A stretch of 64,000 nucleotides of DNA from a virus (Duplodnaviria > Heunggongvirae > Uroviricota > Caudoviricetes). The translations under genes were made by a program, and so were the position numbers. This document shows positions 62,927 to 64,000 of the stretch, piece after piece (position 1 is the first letter of the stretch; each line of letters opens with the position of its first letter). The DNA is taken from positions 93,307 to 157,306 of IMG/VR virus record IMGVR_UViG_3300025723_001543; one strand, 5' to 3'. The notes beneath the pieces are model-generated. The model was not told the DNA's origin, did no database searches, and saw only the letters and a list, made by a program, of their open reading frames with translations.

Positions 62927-63998
62927 GTGACACGTATTGCTCTTATAACTGATACCCACTTTTGGAGTTAAAAATGACTCCCCTGTTATGCTTAACAACA
63001 TGAAGGATTTTCTTGATGAAATCTTTTTTCCGTATATTGATAGACACTCTATCAAATCTATTGTCCATCTTGGTGATCTTGTTGATCGCCGCAAATATAT
63101 TAATATTGCCACTGCTAAGAGATTGAGAGAAGATTTCCTTGAAAAAATTGCTTCAAGGGATTTAGACTTTCATATCATTGCTGGCAATCATGATACTTAC
63201 TATAAGAATACGAACAATGTGAATTCATTGAAAGAACTTGTAGTGCATCAATATCCTTCATTTAAAGTGTGGGATAACACACCAGTATCATGGTCATTCA
63301 ATAATACTAATATTTTATTGACACCATGGATTTGTGATGAGAACCGTGAAGAATCATTAAGGATTATTAATGAAACACGTTGCCCAATTCTTTTTGGCCA
63401 TTTGGAACTTGCAGGTTTCCCAATGTTTGTTGGTGCTCCTCCGTCTCATGGTGACGACCCTAATATCTTCAATCGTTTTGATACTGTATGTAGTGGGCAT
63501 TACCATCATCGTAGTAGCAGAGGAAATATTCATTATCTTGGTTCGCCGTGTGAATTTACTTGGGCAGACTACAATGATAAAAAAGGTTTTCATGTATTTG
63601 ACACAGAAACGAGAGAACTAGAATTTATTGAAAACTCATATACAATGTTTCAAAAAATTTGGTATGATGATATAACTCTTGGAAATGAACCAGAAAAAAT
63701 TGATCTTGATTTTTATGCAGGAAGGCATATCAAAGTTATTATTAAAAACAGAATTGATCCTTATAAGTTTGATATGTTCATTAATCAACTTGAAAAGCGT
63801 GGGGTTCATGACTTGCAGGTAGTTGAAGACCATTTAAATTTGTATCTAGAAGAAGATTCTGATATAATAAACGAAGCAGAAGACACAATGACTATTCTTA
63901 GAAAGTATCTTACTAGCATGAGTGCAAATACAGATATGAAAGACAGAGTAGAAAAAATAGTTAGTGACCTTTATATGAAAGCCCAAACTATAGAGTGA
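62927..63998 (+). CDS. 47: recombination endonuclease subunit gp47 (Mre11/SbcD-like) interrupted by a +1 frameshift: N-terminal 14 codons with motif I in one frame, remainder in frame of ORF 62988-63998
   Basis: AAGGAG Shine-Dalgarno then GTG 62927 encodes MTRIALITDTHFWS-stop. The +1 frame continues (T)FGVKNDSPVMLNN...IVHLGDLVDRRK...IIAGNHDTYY (motifs II and III). Joined, ITDTHFGVKNDSPV parallels T4 gp47 LGDWHLGVKADDEW. Confidence 0.7.
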
Positions 63999-64000
63999 GG

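Overview
This window is a contiguous piece of a T4-like (Straboviridae/Tevenvirinae-type) lytic myovirus genome. It is AT-rich, almost entirely coding, and has no integrase or lysogeny genes. The main blocks are as follows.

- **1-16456, minus strand:** a baseplate operon. Transcription order is a gp48/54-like protein, gp53, a gp27-like hub, a gp5-like OB-fold + lysozyme-like protein, a small ORF, a beta-helix spike carrying a C-terminal M15 peptidase, an S/T/N-rich repeat protein, gp25, gp6, gp7-like, gp8-like and large distal structural proteins. It is driven from a divergent pair of T4-type late promoters (TATAAATA) at 16467-16491.
- **16504-21402, plus strand:** gp4-like and gp2-like proteins and a tube-family paralog. 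These are followed by a tail assembly chaperone with a candidate -1 programmed frameshift, and a 748-aa tape measure protein with an in-frame 105-bp tandem repeat.
- **21399-25279, minus strand:** gp32 SSB, gp59, a dsbA-position ORF and a gp33-like ORF, preserving T4 synteny. Upstream of these sits a circularly permuted two-piece tmRNA gene with its own sigma70-like promoter, then a PD-(D/E)XK nuclease and PhoH.
- **25552-31834, plus strand:** a tail-fibre module containing two collagen-like (Gly-X-Y) fibre proteins, one ending in a C1q/TNF-like head. It also holds a tail-collar-domain fibre, a GH19 endolysin and a free-standing PAAR spike-tip protein.
- **31858-43075, plus strand:** neck and packaging genes gp13, gp14, gp15 and gp16 (TerS). 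A three-gene insertion sits between gp13 and gp14: a GIY-YIG homing endonuclease, a small alarmone hydrolase (RelA/SpoT-type HD domain) and a 12-unit HEAT/LRV-like repeat protein. The large terminase gp17 is a 'fractured gene'. Its ATPase half ends in a 28-aa N-intein and its nuclease half begins with a 108-aa C-intein. A free-standing HNH homing endonuclease gene lies between the two halves, and all three ORFs are in different frames. Sheath gp18 and tube gp19 follow.
- **43142-51553:** portal gp20, two large paralogous highly charged proteins, protease gp21, scaffold gp22 and major capsid gp23, ending in bidirectional terminators.
- **51552-59616:** a GC-richer early-gene region with consensus sigma70-type divergent promoters. 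It contains a terminator whose loop supplies the -35 element of the next promoter, a metallophosphoesterase, an AT-rich HNH-AP2 homing endonuclease, and a membrane SPFH-like protein paired with a Tat-signal protein.
- **59654-63998:** a further tube paralog, UvsY, UvsW, gp55 late sigma factor, and a gp47 (Mre11-like) gene interrupted by a +1 frameshift at a T4 run.

The two-piece tmRNA, the AT-richness and phoH together hint at an alpha-proteobacterial, possibly marine, host; this is an inference only.
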